A stretch of DNA of 64,000 nucleotides, from positions 105,648,001 to 105,712,000 of the forward strand of contig OX597814.1 of the NCBI GenBank assembly GCA_951406725.2. Reading direction: 5' to 3'. This document shows, piece by piece, positions 26,987 to 40,628 of this stretch. The notes under the pieces are model-generated. The model searched no databases. It saw only the letters and a program-made list of their open reading frames with translations, and had not been told where the DNA came from. The position numbers and the translations under genes were made by a program. The first letter of the stretch is position 1. Every line of letters begins with the position of its first letter. Origin of the DNA: Octopus vulgaris. Its lineage: Eukaryota.

Positions 26987-27171
26987 TTATGATGCTATTT
27001 CGCAAGAAGTATCCGTACTGATCAAGCAAGCCGTTGTTCCAACCGTGACCATTCCATCTTGCGTAAAGTATTCAGATCTACGTTTGTTCTTGTGGTTAAA
27101 CAGTCTGTTTCGCAAACGCTTCGTTTTATGTTCAGTCCCGCTGCACAGTAGTTCTTTGATGAAGTTGTCTT
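26987..27171 (-). CDS. Candidate terminal exon, unknown gene
   Basis: Acceptor tttccactcctag; open frame DNFIKELLCSG...TSCEIAS*; a second frame is also open for ~49 codons; no homology recognised. Confidence 0.22.
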
Positions 27172-28496
27172 CTAGGAGTGGAAATTGTGCTGAAGCCCGA
27201 CGCACACGCGCGTGTAAATTATGTGCGTGCGCACGCATCTTTACGTTTGCCCCCAGTGTATCACTGCGGGTGCTCTGTTAATATTCCTATGACTTAACTC
27301 GACAAATAAGGCGCCAAAAGAAGTACTAGAATTCAGATAAAAGCAGGGGGCCATTTTGGGCTAAACCTTTGAAGGCCGTACTCCAGCATGGGCGCAGTCC
27401 AAAGACTGAATAAAATAAGATTAAACGAATAAAAAAAACATATAACGCGCAAAATATAAAATATAAAAACCCAAATTTCTGGTGTTGCCTCTCAACCTTT
27501 GACCTCTCAGTCGTGGCCCACACCTTCCCTAAGCTACACAAAATAACGATGACCTATTTGGCTGAAAATTAATTAAATTCAAATTAAATGAAGTTTAATT
27601 AATTTCAAATTAATTCTGCATCTGTCATCTTTTTTTCTGTCTGTTGTTTTTTTGGTTCTGTCTGTTGTAGAATGAGAAAGAATTAAGAAAAGAAAAAAAT
27701 CAACAAGTGTTGAGTGAAAAACATCGATAAGAATGGTTGTTGAATGAGAGAGTTGTCTGTATTCCTTGTAGATACCCCCTCTCTCCCCCAGAGAGAACTG
27801 CTACGGTGAGAAGACTGTAACACATATAGAGACTAAACAACTAACTGATCGTTGATTGGTCATCGAGCTGATCGATAGCTTATATGTCCGGCTACAATGC
27901 AGATCGATAAACTGCTAGTTTCTGTAGAATATCAAAGCGGTGGACAATGTAGGTGTGGCCTGTTGTGTAAGAGAATGGTCCGGATGTGCCGGAGAGGGAG
28001 GGGCCGTCGAAACCAGGGGTCAGTTCCAGTAGAAGGAGGTGGGTGCCCGGAGTGAGGAGGTAAAAGAAGGGGTCGTGTAGAGGTGTTTTACTTCAACTAC
28101 CTTTAATTTTCCTGAAATTACTCAAGTGCCACTAGCAACACTCTTTCCAAACCAATGGTATCACCGATCGTACCATTCTTTTAGTTGTTAGTTCTTCACT
28201 TTATTTTCTAACACCTTTCTACCACTTTCTCTGCCCCCGTTCTTAATATCTCTTTTCACTGGGGTTTGACAAGTTCCTCAATTTCCTCTCCCTCGCTCTT
28301 TTACTCTCACTCTTTCCCCCCACCCCACCCACAACTATTTATCTCCCATTTAATTTGTTACTTTTATTTCCTGTAATGTACTTGTAATTCCGGTGTTATT
28401 AAATCTTGTTTATCCCACTAATGTACACCCTATTTCCTTTACTCACATACATACAAACACAGCCATAAGCATTCATACATACATACACCCATCCAT

Positions 28497-28560
<64 letters not shown>

Positions 28561-28609
28561 TCACATACAGCCTACTCCACAACGAGTCTGTTATTTCTAC
28601 GGGCTGTGA

Positions 28610-28679
<70 letters not shown>

Positions 28680-28683
28680 GTTA

Positions 28684-28745
<62 letters not shown>

Positions 28746-28752
28746 GTTATTA
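28610..28752. repeat. (TTA)n microsatellite
   Basis: Direct inspection. Confidence 0.95.
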
Positions 28753-29332
28753 TATATTTGTAAATTCTTGCTTTTATCTTTCGATTATTTAGAAAGGCAT
28801 TAACAAAACATCTAGCGTCTTAGTGTTGAAATCATTTGATACAACCAGTTTCAAATTGTACGCCAGTCAAAACAAATGTTTGGAAAGACGAAACGTCGTT
28901 TGATGACGATTTGTCCCGCTCTACTCCTTTAAAACGCTATTTATTGCACATGCTTTCACGCTCCCTTTCTGTTATACCCCTACTACTACTACTACTACTA
29001 CTACTACTAACAACTCCCTTTCAACCCCTCTCCTCTCTCATTTTTTTATGTTATTTTCTAAATCCTCCTTTTTCTCTTTTCTTTTTTAATTCACACCTCT
29101 TCACATCTCTGTCTCTCTTTTTTTCTCTACTTTTCTGCATTTCCATTTGTATTCCCCGAACTCTTGTCCATATTTCCTCTGTTTCAACCATCTTATTAAT
29201 CCCCGTGTCGTGTTTGTGCGGGTGTATATATTCTATGTGATCTTGTGTACTTGTATGTGTAAACGTATATGTTATACATTCATTTATGTGTGTGTGTGTG
29301 TGTGTGTGTGTATACGTATGTGTATATATATA

Positions 29333-29380
<48 letters not shown>

Positions 29381-30249
29381 ATATATACATATATGTATGT
29401 ATGTATGTGTATGTCGTTCTAGCGTTTTCATCTCATTCCATATTTCCTGATCGATATTGCTATAATCCATAATACGACCTAAATGGAATCAGATGTATTC
29501 CCAGACATAGTTTTTTTCACTTTCTATCGCTTAGTCACAAGAGGAACGGCAACAGGCCTTGACCTTTTGCAGGACCTCTCAGAATAGCGCGTCGAAAGGG
29601 GTCTGAGGAAAATCTATGACTCATGGCTTAGCCCCAAACCAAAAACTTGGTTGTAATCCTTGCAACACACGCTGATATCTCTCCCCCATGAGTTGATATC
29701 GTTCATCTCATGAAGGTCTCCCCTTTCCATCAGTGTTATCTTTCTTTGAAGCGTATCGTTAAAAAAAAAAAATTCCGCCAAAGTGCTGCACATTCATAAC
29801 GAATCATAATCGAACTTTTTTTTCAACCATAGGCTCCTAACTTCGGCTGTCCTGGTTTCTGGGTGACCATCAGTCTAATCCTCGCTCACTTCAGACAACC
29901 TTTCACACATTGTGATTAGAAACCGCTCTTCCAAAAGTGTTTAATTTTCACGCAAGACTACATAGGGGATTAGAGTAGGCAATGTAATCGACACCAGTAA
30001 TTAACGTGAACATAATTTATTGTCCTAGGATGTATAAAAGCTAAAGCAAACCCGGGATTTGAAATTAGAACATAAGAGATGCAGCGAAAATATTACAACG
30101 GTCTCTGTCGAGTATTCCGACCCAGGCATTGAATAGTAAATAGATGTGTCTTCCTCTCAAGAGTAGAATAATTCTGAGGTGAAAGAAGATTCTTCAGTTT
30201 ATGGAGTCTTCTGTTGGGTCGGTTACCAGATTTCCATGGCAATATAGCT

Positions 30250-30444
30250 GAAATCAGAACATTACCCCTGAAAGGGATAACTGGGATCCCAACACTACCC
30301 CCGAAAGAGATAACAGGAATCACAACATTATCCCTGAAAGGGATAACTGGGTCCACAACATTACCCCCGGAAAGGGATAACTGGAATCACAATATTATCC
30401 CTGAAAGGGATAACTGAGATCCCAATATTGCCCTTGAAAGGGAT
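30250..30444. repeat. 33-bp minisatellite, ~6 copies, each with hairpin TTATCCC-TGAAA-GGGATAA
   Basis: Unit GGAATCACAACATTATCCCTGAAAGGGATAACT. Confidence 0.9.
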
Positions 30445-30454
30445 CCGAGTGTCT

Positions 30455-30606
30455 CGCAGGGTTTATTCATTTACAGCTGAATGGACTGGAACAACATGAA
30501 AGGAAATGTTTTGCTGAAGAACACAACGTACGACCGGGACCTGAAATCGAAACCGCGATCTAGCGATTGCGAGTACAAATACCCCAACCTCGAGGCCACG
30601 CACCTT
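30455..30606 (-). mobile_element. SINE family C, diverged
   Basis: CAGCTGAATGGACTGGAACAAC...GAAATCGAAACC. Confidence 0.7.
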
Positions 30607-31173
30607 CATCGAGATAATAAAGTACCATTGAATTACTCACTTATATAAAATCGACCGTGCTTCTCCTCCTCGATATTGTGCATCCTGGTGCCGATGAGAG
30701 AATAGTCGAATGTATTTATTATTGATACTTATCGACCTGATCCGTTTGAGAAACTACATAAAGGACGTAATCGTTTAATCTTAATCTCCACTTCAATAAT
30801 TTCTATTCTACCGAAGGACCGTCTTGAGTACAGAACTACTTCATATCTCAATTCCCAATCAATTGATCAGTGAATCCATCTTGAAGTACTTAAAGTAATC
30901 GCTCTCCTCCTAAACTGGAAATTAGAAAGAAATCGAGTTCCAGCCTCTTGAACCATTTCAAAACCAGAAAATCAAGGCAATCAACTTATTGACTAAAACA
31001 CAATCAATGCAAACCAGCATCGGTGGCCATATTTGTTTTCACTTCCCTGCGATTTTTTCAGTATTATATAAATTTTTCATTTGAAGTGCTTCACAAATGA
31101 ATGGATATATTGATATAGAATACGCATATGTATTTCTAAATACACGTGTATGCCTATGTCTGCTTATCTGTAT

Positions 31174-31222
<49 letters not shown>

Positions 31223-31274
31223 CACACGCACACACGTATGTACATACGCACAGATTTTAAAATATATGTATGTA

Positions 31275-31659
31275 TTCTTTTCTTTCTTTCACTCATTTGA
31301 CTGTGGCTATGCTGGAGCACCCCCTTTAGCCGAGCAAATCGACCCGAGAACTTATTCTTTGTAAGCCTAGTACTTATTCTATCGGTGTCTTTTGCCGAAC
31401 CGCGAAGTTAGAGGTACGTAAACACTCCAGCATCGGTTGTCAAGCGATGTTTGGCGGACAATCACAGACACACAAACATACATACATATACATATATATA
31501 TATATGGTGGATTTCCGTCTACCAAATCCACTCACAAGGCTTTGGTCGGCCCGTGGCTATAGTAGAAGACACTTGCCCAAGCTGCCACGCAGTGGGACTG
31601 AACCCGGGACCATGTGGTTGGTAAGTAAGCAACTTAACACACAGCCACTCCTACGCCTA
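31275..31659 (-). mobile_element. SINE family B, near full-length
   Basis: Reverse complement of 1939-2378. Confidence 0.88.
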
Positions 31660-32950
31660 TATGCACTTATTTATGGTTATGTATGTACACATGCAAAAAT
31701 CTGCATCTCTATACACATACATTTGTATATAATAATTCATATAGATAGTTAAACATATGTGTATATATATATCAATATTTATATATATATATATGTATTT
31801 GTAAGGCTGTTTATTTCGTGTGCATGTGTGTGTACATGGGTTGTTTTACAAGGAAAATGTTGATAGTTACTTCGAAGTTCCAGCTTAATAACCGTTGTAA
31901 ATATGTAATAGAAAGATGGCAATTTATCAACAGTTGAAACATTCTGCTTTAGGCGGGGGGGGGGGAACGTAAAAAAACACATGTGGTCTTATTGTTTTCG
32001 TTTTCTGTCTGAAATATTTCAAGTTATTTCATTTCCAACATAATTCTATTTGAAAGAAAAAGAGCAATCATTATTTTTCTGTTCTATAAGAAATTTAAGA
32101 ATAGCTTTGATACTTTTAAGAGTTACAGAATTAATGTCGTTAACTGGCGGAAAAAAAGCTCTCATTCACCCGCATAGCTAAAGACTCTCTCTCTCCCTCT
32201 CTTCCCCCCCTCCCTCTCTATCACACGCACTCATCTCATTCGCATAGAATCGGCAACTTGTTGAGTTTGTGGTGCACTCTCAGCGATTAACCGCCTAGGT
32301 CCAGTGGCTCATGTGCTTTATATCACAAGGGAGACAATCCTTTCTTGACTAAGCGAAGTTGAAGTTGGTTAGAAGCTTGAAATTGAAATCAAAGTAAACA
32401 GCAAAGCGTACAGATTCTGCGTATTTACCATTTCTTTTCCGCCGCTGCACCTTGTAATGGACCCAAAGTTTGCAGTCGTTCATTGCGTTGACTTTCATCC
32501 ATCTCCGTTGAAGAATATTCACTGTCCCCTTCCCGAAAACTTATGGTCTTCTGCCAATATTAAAATATTGGCATTATTGACTGGGTGATGCCATAGTGAA
32601 AATGGTGAACGGTGTTTAATTAATTACTTTCCAGGTGTAGATTCTGTCCAGCTTCACTGCTTATTTATTTGCTTTTGTTTTCGCGTGTGCGTTCGATAAG
32701 CGACTTGACATTCCTGCTGCCAATATAATACCAATCATTTCAAGATCGATACACACATGTTCTTTTCAAATGTCTGTCCGTCTTGTCTCTATCACATAAA
32801 TCATTGAGACCACTGCTTAAAGAAGCTGTGGTTCCTTTCTTTTCAGTTCTACTTTATAACGAACTCAAGACCATTCTAGGAAGCCTCTCGTATTGATCAC
32901 ACACTCTTTTCCTTCCTTTCTTCCCTTCCTTCTTCCCCTCTTTCTTTCCT

Positions 32951-32986
<36 letters not shown>

Positions 32987-33114
32987 TGTATACATATATA
33001 AACACGTTTCACCTATACATCCATCCGCACTCATGATGGTGTGTCTGTATGTACACACACAAACACACACACAAACACACATACACACACACACACATAT
33101 ATATATATGTGTGC

Positions 33115-33179
<65 letters not shown>

Positions 33180-33846
33180 TCCACACACACGCGCACACAC
33201 AGATCCTCCCCAGCAGTCAAGCAGAGCCAAAAGTAGAAAAATAGAAAAATAAAAACTAAAAACAAACAGAACAAACAAAAAGAAAATCTGCAGCGAAGCC
33301 TACCAAAGTACTTGGGTGACAGAGATTCTTGTCCCAGGAATCAAAGTTTTGCTACTTAAGAATCTAGATAGCATCTGAGATATTGGTCTACCGAGACGAG
33401 TGGATTCCGAGAAAATCTCAACAATCTTTCGCCTTTCCCTCCTCTCTCTCCTCCTCGCTTCCCTTCTGCTGTCTCTCCTTATTTACGGTTATGTGCAATA
33501 TGCATATTTGCATCTTGGTGCACATTGAGTGCACATTGTTAACTTGACGATGGTTTTACAATGAAGATGTCTTCTGTGAGAAATCAATGGCAATCTGTTG
33601 CTGTAGCATGGGCTGTTGTTGCTTACAAGGTCTGGGAATATCTCTCGGTAAATTCTGATCTCCCTACTTCATCTCATTTTTATTTTATAGATTATATCTA
33701 CGTGACATTCAAGAAGTTGTAAACAACACACACATATGTACGCACGCACGCACACACACACACACACACACAATAAATTATGTATTAATGTGCATATGTT
33801 CTAGAAGACATAGATATGCCTAGATATGTGATGTTTTATATATATG

Positions 33847-33896
<50 letters not shown>

Positions 33897-33943
33897 CAGA
33901 TGCTTACACATAAGCAAATGGTATGCGTACACACACCAGCGTG

Positions 33944-33974
<31 letters not shown>

Positions 33975-34994
33975 GTTATGTGTGTATGTATGTATGTATG
34001 TATGTATACTCGTGCTGTGTGTGTGTATTTGTTGGTATTCGTCAATCCAGACGTTGATTGATTGTCTGTTGTCATCCGGCAGCCATTTTGACGGCTCTTT
34101 TAAACCAACGCCTGGTGTGTGTGTGTGTAATTTCTTGTTTAACACGTGGACAGGGACTGCTTCATTGACATTAGACGTGTGCTTAACTGACAAATGGACG
34201 AAGTTTGGGCATTCTACAGACGATCAAACACGGAAGCACATTTCTCCCCACCACGTACACACACCTCCACCGCAACCCGTCATTGTTAGCAAAATGCTGT
34301 TATCGTCTGCAGATGAATTGTTCGTTACTATATATTCGGGAAGCTGACAAGTGTGAATAACAGTGTTTGATACACACACACACACATACACGCACACACA
34401 CACACGCAATGAGTGAGAGAAAGTTGGGTGGAGGGTATAACAATATCATATTTAATATATTTATTGAGAGAATTCACTATTACATCCTGGTCGTGAATCT
34501 TCCAATAAGCGAATCTTCCAGCAACATCCTGTTGTAGAATGTTGAATGCACTTTCCAGCAAACTTCTCACTGATCCTGGAGTTAATTCATTCGCTGAGTA
34601 ATTCTTTAAACTGTGCACAAAGCTCTGATACTAATCTATTGTTAATGATATTGGTTTAATCACAGTGGCCGACATTGACTCACTTAAAAATAACCGGTTT
34701 AATGATCACCAGTATATTACTGGTATCAATCATATCATGGCCTGCTATATCCACCGAATATGCTCTGCTCTCTTCCTTTCGTTTTCTGTTTCGTGCTCTG
34801 CCCCCAAAACTCACATTAACCAACGAACACTATCCTTCTACGTAAAACTGTCATCTCACTGATATTCTCATGCTTCCAATGTTTTCCTTATATCCGACAT
34901 CCTACATGATTTGAAAATATACATTGACCGCATCGGTTTCATCAATGGCAGAGTCACGGAAGGATACATCCTCAGCCTCTCGATCTTGGGTGAA

Positions 34995-35335
34995 GCATAC
35001 GGCTGTATGGGTTAGAAGCGTGCTTCCCAATCATGGGATCTTGCGTTCAGTCTCAGTGTGCGGCATCTTAGGTATATGTCTTCTGCTGTAGCCGTGGACC
35101 AATCTGAGAATGGATTTGGTGAACGGAAACTGAAAGAAGCCCTTCGTTGTTATTGTCTGTGTGTGTGTGTATGTACATGTGACCAGGTCTTCACACTGGT
35201 GGTTGTAAATGAATGTCATTCCTTTCTAGTCTTCAGGGGAAAATATGTCTGGCTATGGGTGGGGTGGGGAGGATAAGTTGGTAAACAGGTGAGAATTGGT
35301 GACAGAAAGAGCATCCGTCCGTGGAAAAGCTTGCT
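34995..35335 (+). mobile_element. SINE with family B head and a different 3' body
   Basis: B-like head at 34995-35150, followed by a non-B tail. Confidence 0.6.
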
Positions 35336-35521
35336 TGTGTGGTTTCCGTTTGACCCATTTAAAACTGGTCACTTAAACGACGATCACGGCGATTCCGGAC
35401 GAAAAGAAATTAGAGTCAGCCTCGGTAGATTTTGAAGCTGGAAAGCAGAGAAACGAATAAGATGCGTCATTAAATGTATGACCCTACCATATCTACCAAA
35501 ACAATCTTGAAAATATTATCA

Positions 35522-35680
35522 GAGGCTGTGTGGTTAAGAAGCTCACTTTGCAAGCACGGTGTTTCGGGTTCAGTCCCATTGCGCGGAAACTTGGCAACAG
35601 TTTTCTACTATATAGCCGAAAGTGTGTGTAAGTGTGTGTGTGACCTCACATCGTTTGACAACCTGTGTTGGTTTGTGTCC
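35522..35680 (+). mobile_element. SINE family B, deleted/diverged copy
   Basis: GGCTGTGTGGTTAAGAAGCT...GGGTTCAGTCCCA. Confidence 0.65.
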
Positions 35681-35761
35681 GCTCCTGTAGCAGGTAGAAT
35701 AAAGGCGGCATACACGAAACTTCGAAGTAACTGTCAACTAATTTTCGTTTAAGAATAAAGT

Positions 35762-36000
35762 AAGTACCAATTTCTTTATTGCCCACAAGGGGCTAAACAC
35801 AGAGGAGACAAACAAAGACAGACAAACGGATTAAGTCGATTACATCGACCCCAGTGCGTGACTGGTACTTAATTTATCGACCCCGGAAGGATGAAAGGCA
35901 AAGTCGACCTCGGCGGAATTTGAACTCAGAACGTAACGGCAGACGAAATACGGCCAAGCATTTCGCCCAGCGTGCTAACGATTCTGACAGCTCACCGCCT
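35762..36000 (-). mobile_element. SINE family A, full-length
   Basis: Reverse complement of 783-1015. Confidence 0.88.
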
Positions 36001-36028
36001 TGCTTAATAATAAAGTAAATATAGCATG

Positions 36029-36073
<45 letters not shown>

Positions 36074-36164
36074 TTCTCCTTTCTTTCTTTCTTTCTTTCT
36101 TTTCTCCTTTCTTTTTTTCTTTCTTTTTTTATTTCTCTCATACACACACACAGATATAAGCTCC

Positions 36165-36279
36165 TGGACCTTCAGGTGGTTTCGCTCTATAAACACTCAC
36201 AACGCTCGGTCTGGGAATCAAAACCGCGATCCTACGACCGCGAGTCCGCTGCCCTAACCACTGAGCCATTGTGTCTCCA
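36165..36279 (-). mobile_element. SINE family D, head fragment
   Basis: Reverse complement of ~53549-53665. Confidence 0.75.
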
Positions 36280-36824
36280 CTATACGCAAATACACAATGA
36301 GATTTAATCACGTACAGAACACACACTCACGCATAAGGTTTAAACAACTTCGCTTATCTCTTCGTGTTATATCTTTAAGCCATCAATGTTTGTCCTGCTC
36401 TCCGCCTCTCTCTTTCCATTCTCTCTCCTTCAAACACTCTCCCTCTCATCTTTTTCACTTTTATCCGTGTTAAATGAAAACATCAGCAATTCCTAGTCTG
36501 CCAGTCTATTAATACCGTCATGCATTTTAATCAATACCTTCCTGTTTAACTTTCACTTCGATATGGAGACTAACAGGATACAAATTAGAGCCAATTGTGT
36601 GAGGCTTATGGTCTTTTAGTGTTTCGTATGTGTTGGTGTTGATTTAAGTGTCTCCCACCTGGTTTCTTACTATCACTTCAGGGATTACTTTCTCGCTCAC
36701 CCAACCTCACACGCATACTCAGACACACCATATACAAACACATATACATATATGCATACAAAAACATGCATACATACATACACAAACATACGTATATACA
36801 TACATATATATATATATATTATTT

Positions 36825-37020
36825 TTCTTTTATTTGTTTCAGTCATTTGAATCCGGCGATGCTGGAGCACCGCCTTTAGTCGAACAAATCGACCCCAGGA
36901 CTTATTCTTTGTAAGCCTAGCACTTAATCTATCGGCCTCTTATGCCGAACCGCTAAGTTACGGGAACGTAAACACACCAGTATTGGTTGCCAAGCGATGG
37001 TGCGGGGACAAACACACAAA
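36825..37020 (-). mobile_element. SINE family B, 3' half
   Basis: Tail match ending in the internal microsatellite. Confidence 0.82.
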
Positions 37021-37281
37021 CATATGTATATATATATATATATATATATAGCACCCTCGGTAGTCGAGGGATTACTGTATATGCTCCGATACGAACTAAC
37101 AAACACAAAACTAAACAAGAAAATAAAGAACAACTAAGAATTTGCCTAAAACTTAAAGAAATATCTGTACGCGCAGGTAAGTGATATTCCAATGAAAGAA
37201 ATTGAAAGTTGGATACATGAGGCTAAAATCGCTGTTCGACATTATCGGGATTGAAGTTTCTCACTTGCTTCTGGAAATCAT

Positions 37282-37309
37282 ATAAGTACGAGTGGCCACT
37301 CGTACTTAT
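37282..37309. repeat. Perfect 28-bp palindrome
   Basis: ATAAGTACGAGTGG|CCACTCGTACTTAT. Confidence 0.9.
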
Positions 37310-38079
37310 GTAGTTACAACGGATTAACTTATCATCCGGGCACAGACCCAGGGCCTACACAATAACAATTGATTTTCTCTTAAATGGTTCAGTCCTCTTG
37401 GTTGGTAATAGGTACCACGTATTAAAGGCACTGGCGTCCCTTTAACTGGCCATGTTGATCATTCCATCAGTTGACTGTGGTTGTAAGGACGGAGGAATTT
37501 GAAAACAAGAGAAACCGCAGAGAGGAAAACAAAAGACATTTCAAGTTCGCTGTCCATGGTCATCGTCTTTCCTCTTGGACAATATTATAAGTACCAGTCA
37601 TACAATGGGGTTGGATTTCGTTTTCCTGTTAGGAAATACTGGCATTTTATCGATGAAGTAAACTACCACCATGCCTACTACCACTACAACTACTACCCCA
37701 TTTACTACTACCATCACCATCACCATCACCACCACTACTACGACGACGACGACCACCACTTATATTACTACCACCACCACCATCATTATCACTACTACTA
37801 CCACCACCACCGCTACTACGACTAGATCTCGATACCGATTCAAAAACCTTTTTTTCTGCTGTTGTGAAGAGCACGAAGCATGCAACTGGATGGAACCTCT
37901 AATCCGGCCCCACACCTCTCCCGACCCCCGCTCTCCCCACCTCCCTGCTCTTCTTATCTTTTACTCTTCCATAACAAACATCCAGATAGAACTACACTGT
38001 AATTCCAGCGTAGCTCTACATGTTCAGTCACGGATATGTACCATACACACGCAATCAGTCACTGAGTTCGCTCCCCGCA

Positions 38080-38117
<38 letters not shown>

Positions 38118-38304
38118 ACACACACGCGCGCACATCTATATATCTAAATATATATGTGTTTGTGTGTACATGCATGTATGTGTATATGTGTGTGCGTATA
38201 TATGTAGGTATATATATATGCATATGTATATATGTGTATATATATATATATATATATGTGTATGTATATATGTGTGTATGTATATATATGTGTATGTATA
38301 CGTA

Positions 38305-38335
<31 letters not shown>

Positions 38336-38966
38336 TTATATGTAAATATATGTATATATATATATTTATATGTAAATATATGTATATATATATTTATATG
38401 TGTGTATATATATATTTATATGTGTGTATATATATATTTATATGTGTATATATATATATTTATATGTAGATATATGTATATATATATATATTTATATGTA
38501 GATATATGTGTATATATATATATATGTAGATATATGTATATATATATATATATTTATATGTAGATATATGTATATATATATATATTTATATGTAGATATA
38601 TATATATATATATATTTATATGTAGATATATGTATATATATATATTTATATTTAAATATATGCATATATATATATTTATATTTAAATATATGCATATATA
38701 TATATTTATATTTAAATATATGCATATATATATATGTATATATATATGTATATATATGTATACAAATATATATGTATATATGTGTGTGTGTGTGTATATA
38801 TATGTATATATGTGTGTGTATGTGTATATATATGTATGTGTATGTGTATATATTTGTATACATATATATATATATGTATGTATATGTATGCATATATATA
38901 TATACATGCATGTATATTTATATGTAAATATGTGTATATATATCTATATATCTATCTATGTATCTA

Positions 38967-39000
<34 letters not shown>
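38080..39000. repeat. TA-rich compound microsatellite with TATTTATATGTAGA subunits
   Basis: Direct inspection. Confidence 0.92.
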
Positions 39001-39001
<1 letters not shown>

Positions 39002-39774
39002 GATAAGAGAGTAAAATGCGTGTATAGTTATGCATGTTTACTGCATATAATGCGTGTAGCTTCTTATCTTTAGGTTTCTTTAGGTTATTATCTGTTAACA
39101 AAATTAAATAATGGCGCCATTTTGTGTGTATAGACTATCCATGTATTTATAATATATATATGTATGCATATGTGTGTGTGTATGTGTTGTTTTTCCTCCA
39201 TGTTTTCCTATGTCCAATGCTGAAGCTACGTAATTTCATGGAGACAGCAATATATGTTGGTGCATGTTGCTAAGGCGTGTGTGTGTGTGTGTGTGTGTGT
39301 GTAGAAGCCAAATAAATAGTAATTGTTTTCGTTGCTTGATCTCAGGTAGACTCTAATAAAGGTATTCCAGCCGTGACATCCTATTTCTATTTATGGTACC
39401 ACACTTCTGCGAACATATAATCTCCTTCGCTGGCTTGATGATATATATATATATATATATAGCTTGGTGTAAATATTTCCATGCATAAAGTATCACGAGA
39501 TCTACGTAACGGTAACAATCACTCTCCTCCTCCTCTTCCTCTTGTTGTTGTTGTTTAACCCTAGGTATGATGTAACAGGCATGTACATTTTATAAAGGTA
39601 GTTTCTATAGTATTTCCGAAGTGCAGATTCCAGGCTAGGTGAATAAAATATATGTGTGTGTGTGTGTGTGTGTATGTCTGTGGTATCAATTCATGAATTG
39701 ACACCTCTACATCCATTTCTCTCTTTCTCTCTCCCTCTCTCCCTCTCTTTGACTTCCCAGTAGTCAAGAGCGAG

Positions 39775-39798
39775 TACATCATTTTGGGACACCCTGTA
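39775..39798 (-). mobile_element. Solitary Tc1/mariner-like terminal inverted repeat
   Basis: Minus strand TA-CAGGGTGTCCCAAAATG; partner end not found. Confidence 0.45.
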
Positions 39799-39802
39799 TG
39801 TC

Positions 39803-39839
<37 letters not shown>

Positions 39840-40324
39840 ATTTCTGTTGATTCTCCAAGGAACGATAAATTAATTACTGTACTCGATACTTGATGTAGAG
39901 TATTCTTAACTGATACGTACATAATTTCCAGTAGTCCGAGTTTCTCGTTTCCAATCTTCCATCAGGTAAGATATATGTATTTTCTCCTGAATTATCTTTT
40001 GAATATATTTTCAAATATTTTACGAAAATTATTGAGAAATTGCTTATCTTTGGGAAATAATGAAAATCTTGCGGGTGATACGTGCAATGTATATTTTGTA
40101 TTCATATATGTAATGGGTTTTACGCATATCACCTCCAACTTATCTATGCATCTCAACTTCTACCATTTTTGATGAGATTTCATTTAGTATCTCCATGCAG
40201 ATGTCGTTTGCCTGTTTTTCAAAGTTAAGTATAGATTGACTCTGGCACTGTAACTTTAAATTATCCTCCGTTCATTATAAATATTTGCACTAAGGTTTAG
40301 TCTCTCAAGATTAAGGGTATTTGA

Positions 40325-40628
40325 AGGCGCATGGCTTGGTGGTTAGGATATTTGGCTAGCAAACAAAAAGTCACGAGTTCGTTTCTCAGTGGTGCATTGT
40401 GTCCTTTATTTCACGTTGCACCAGTTCACTCAACTGGTAAAAATGAGTGGTCCCTGTCTTTCAAAGGTCCAGTCCTGTCATATTTTGTCCTGCTGAATCT
40501 CCCTTTGAACTACATAAACGATACGCGCGTGTAGAGTGCTCCGCCTCTTGCACATTTATTGCACGAGCTGGCTGTTCTGTCGATTGGATCAACTGGAAAC
40601 CTCGGCGTCGTAACCGATGGAGTGCCTG
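40325..40628 (+). mobile_element. SINE with family C head and the tail shared with 17725-17850
   Basis: GGCGCATGGCTTGGTGGTTAGG head; GATCAACTGGAA...CGTAACCGATGGAGTGCC tail. Confidence 0.72.

Noticed and set aside
30250-30444. CRISPR-like array of palindromic repeats
   Set aside because: Linkers are homologous rather than unique, there are no cas genes, and the context is eukaryotic; it is a minisatellite
34328-34618. Protein-like ORF (HSLKNYSANELTPGSVRSLLESAF...)
   Set aside because: No convincing splice-site pair and no recognisable homology
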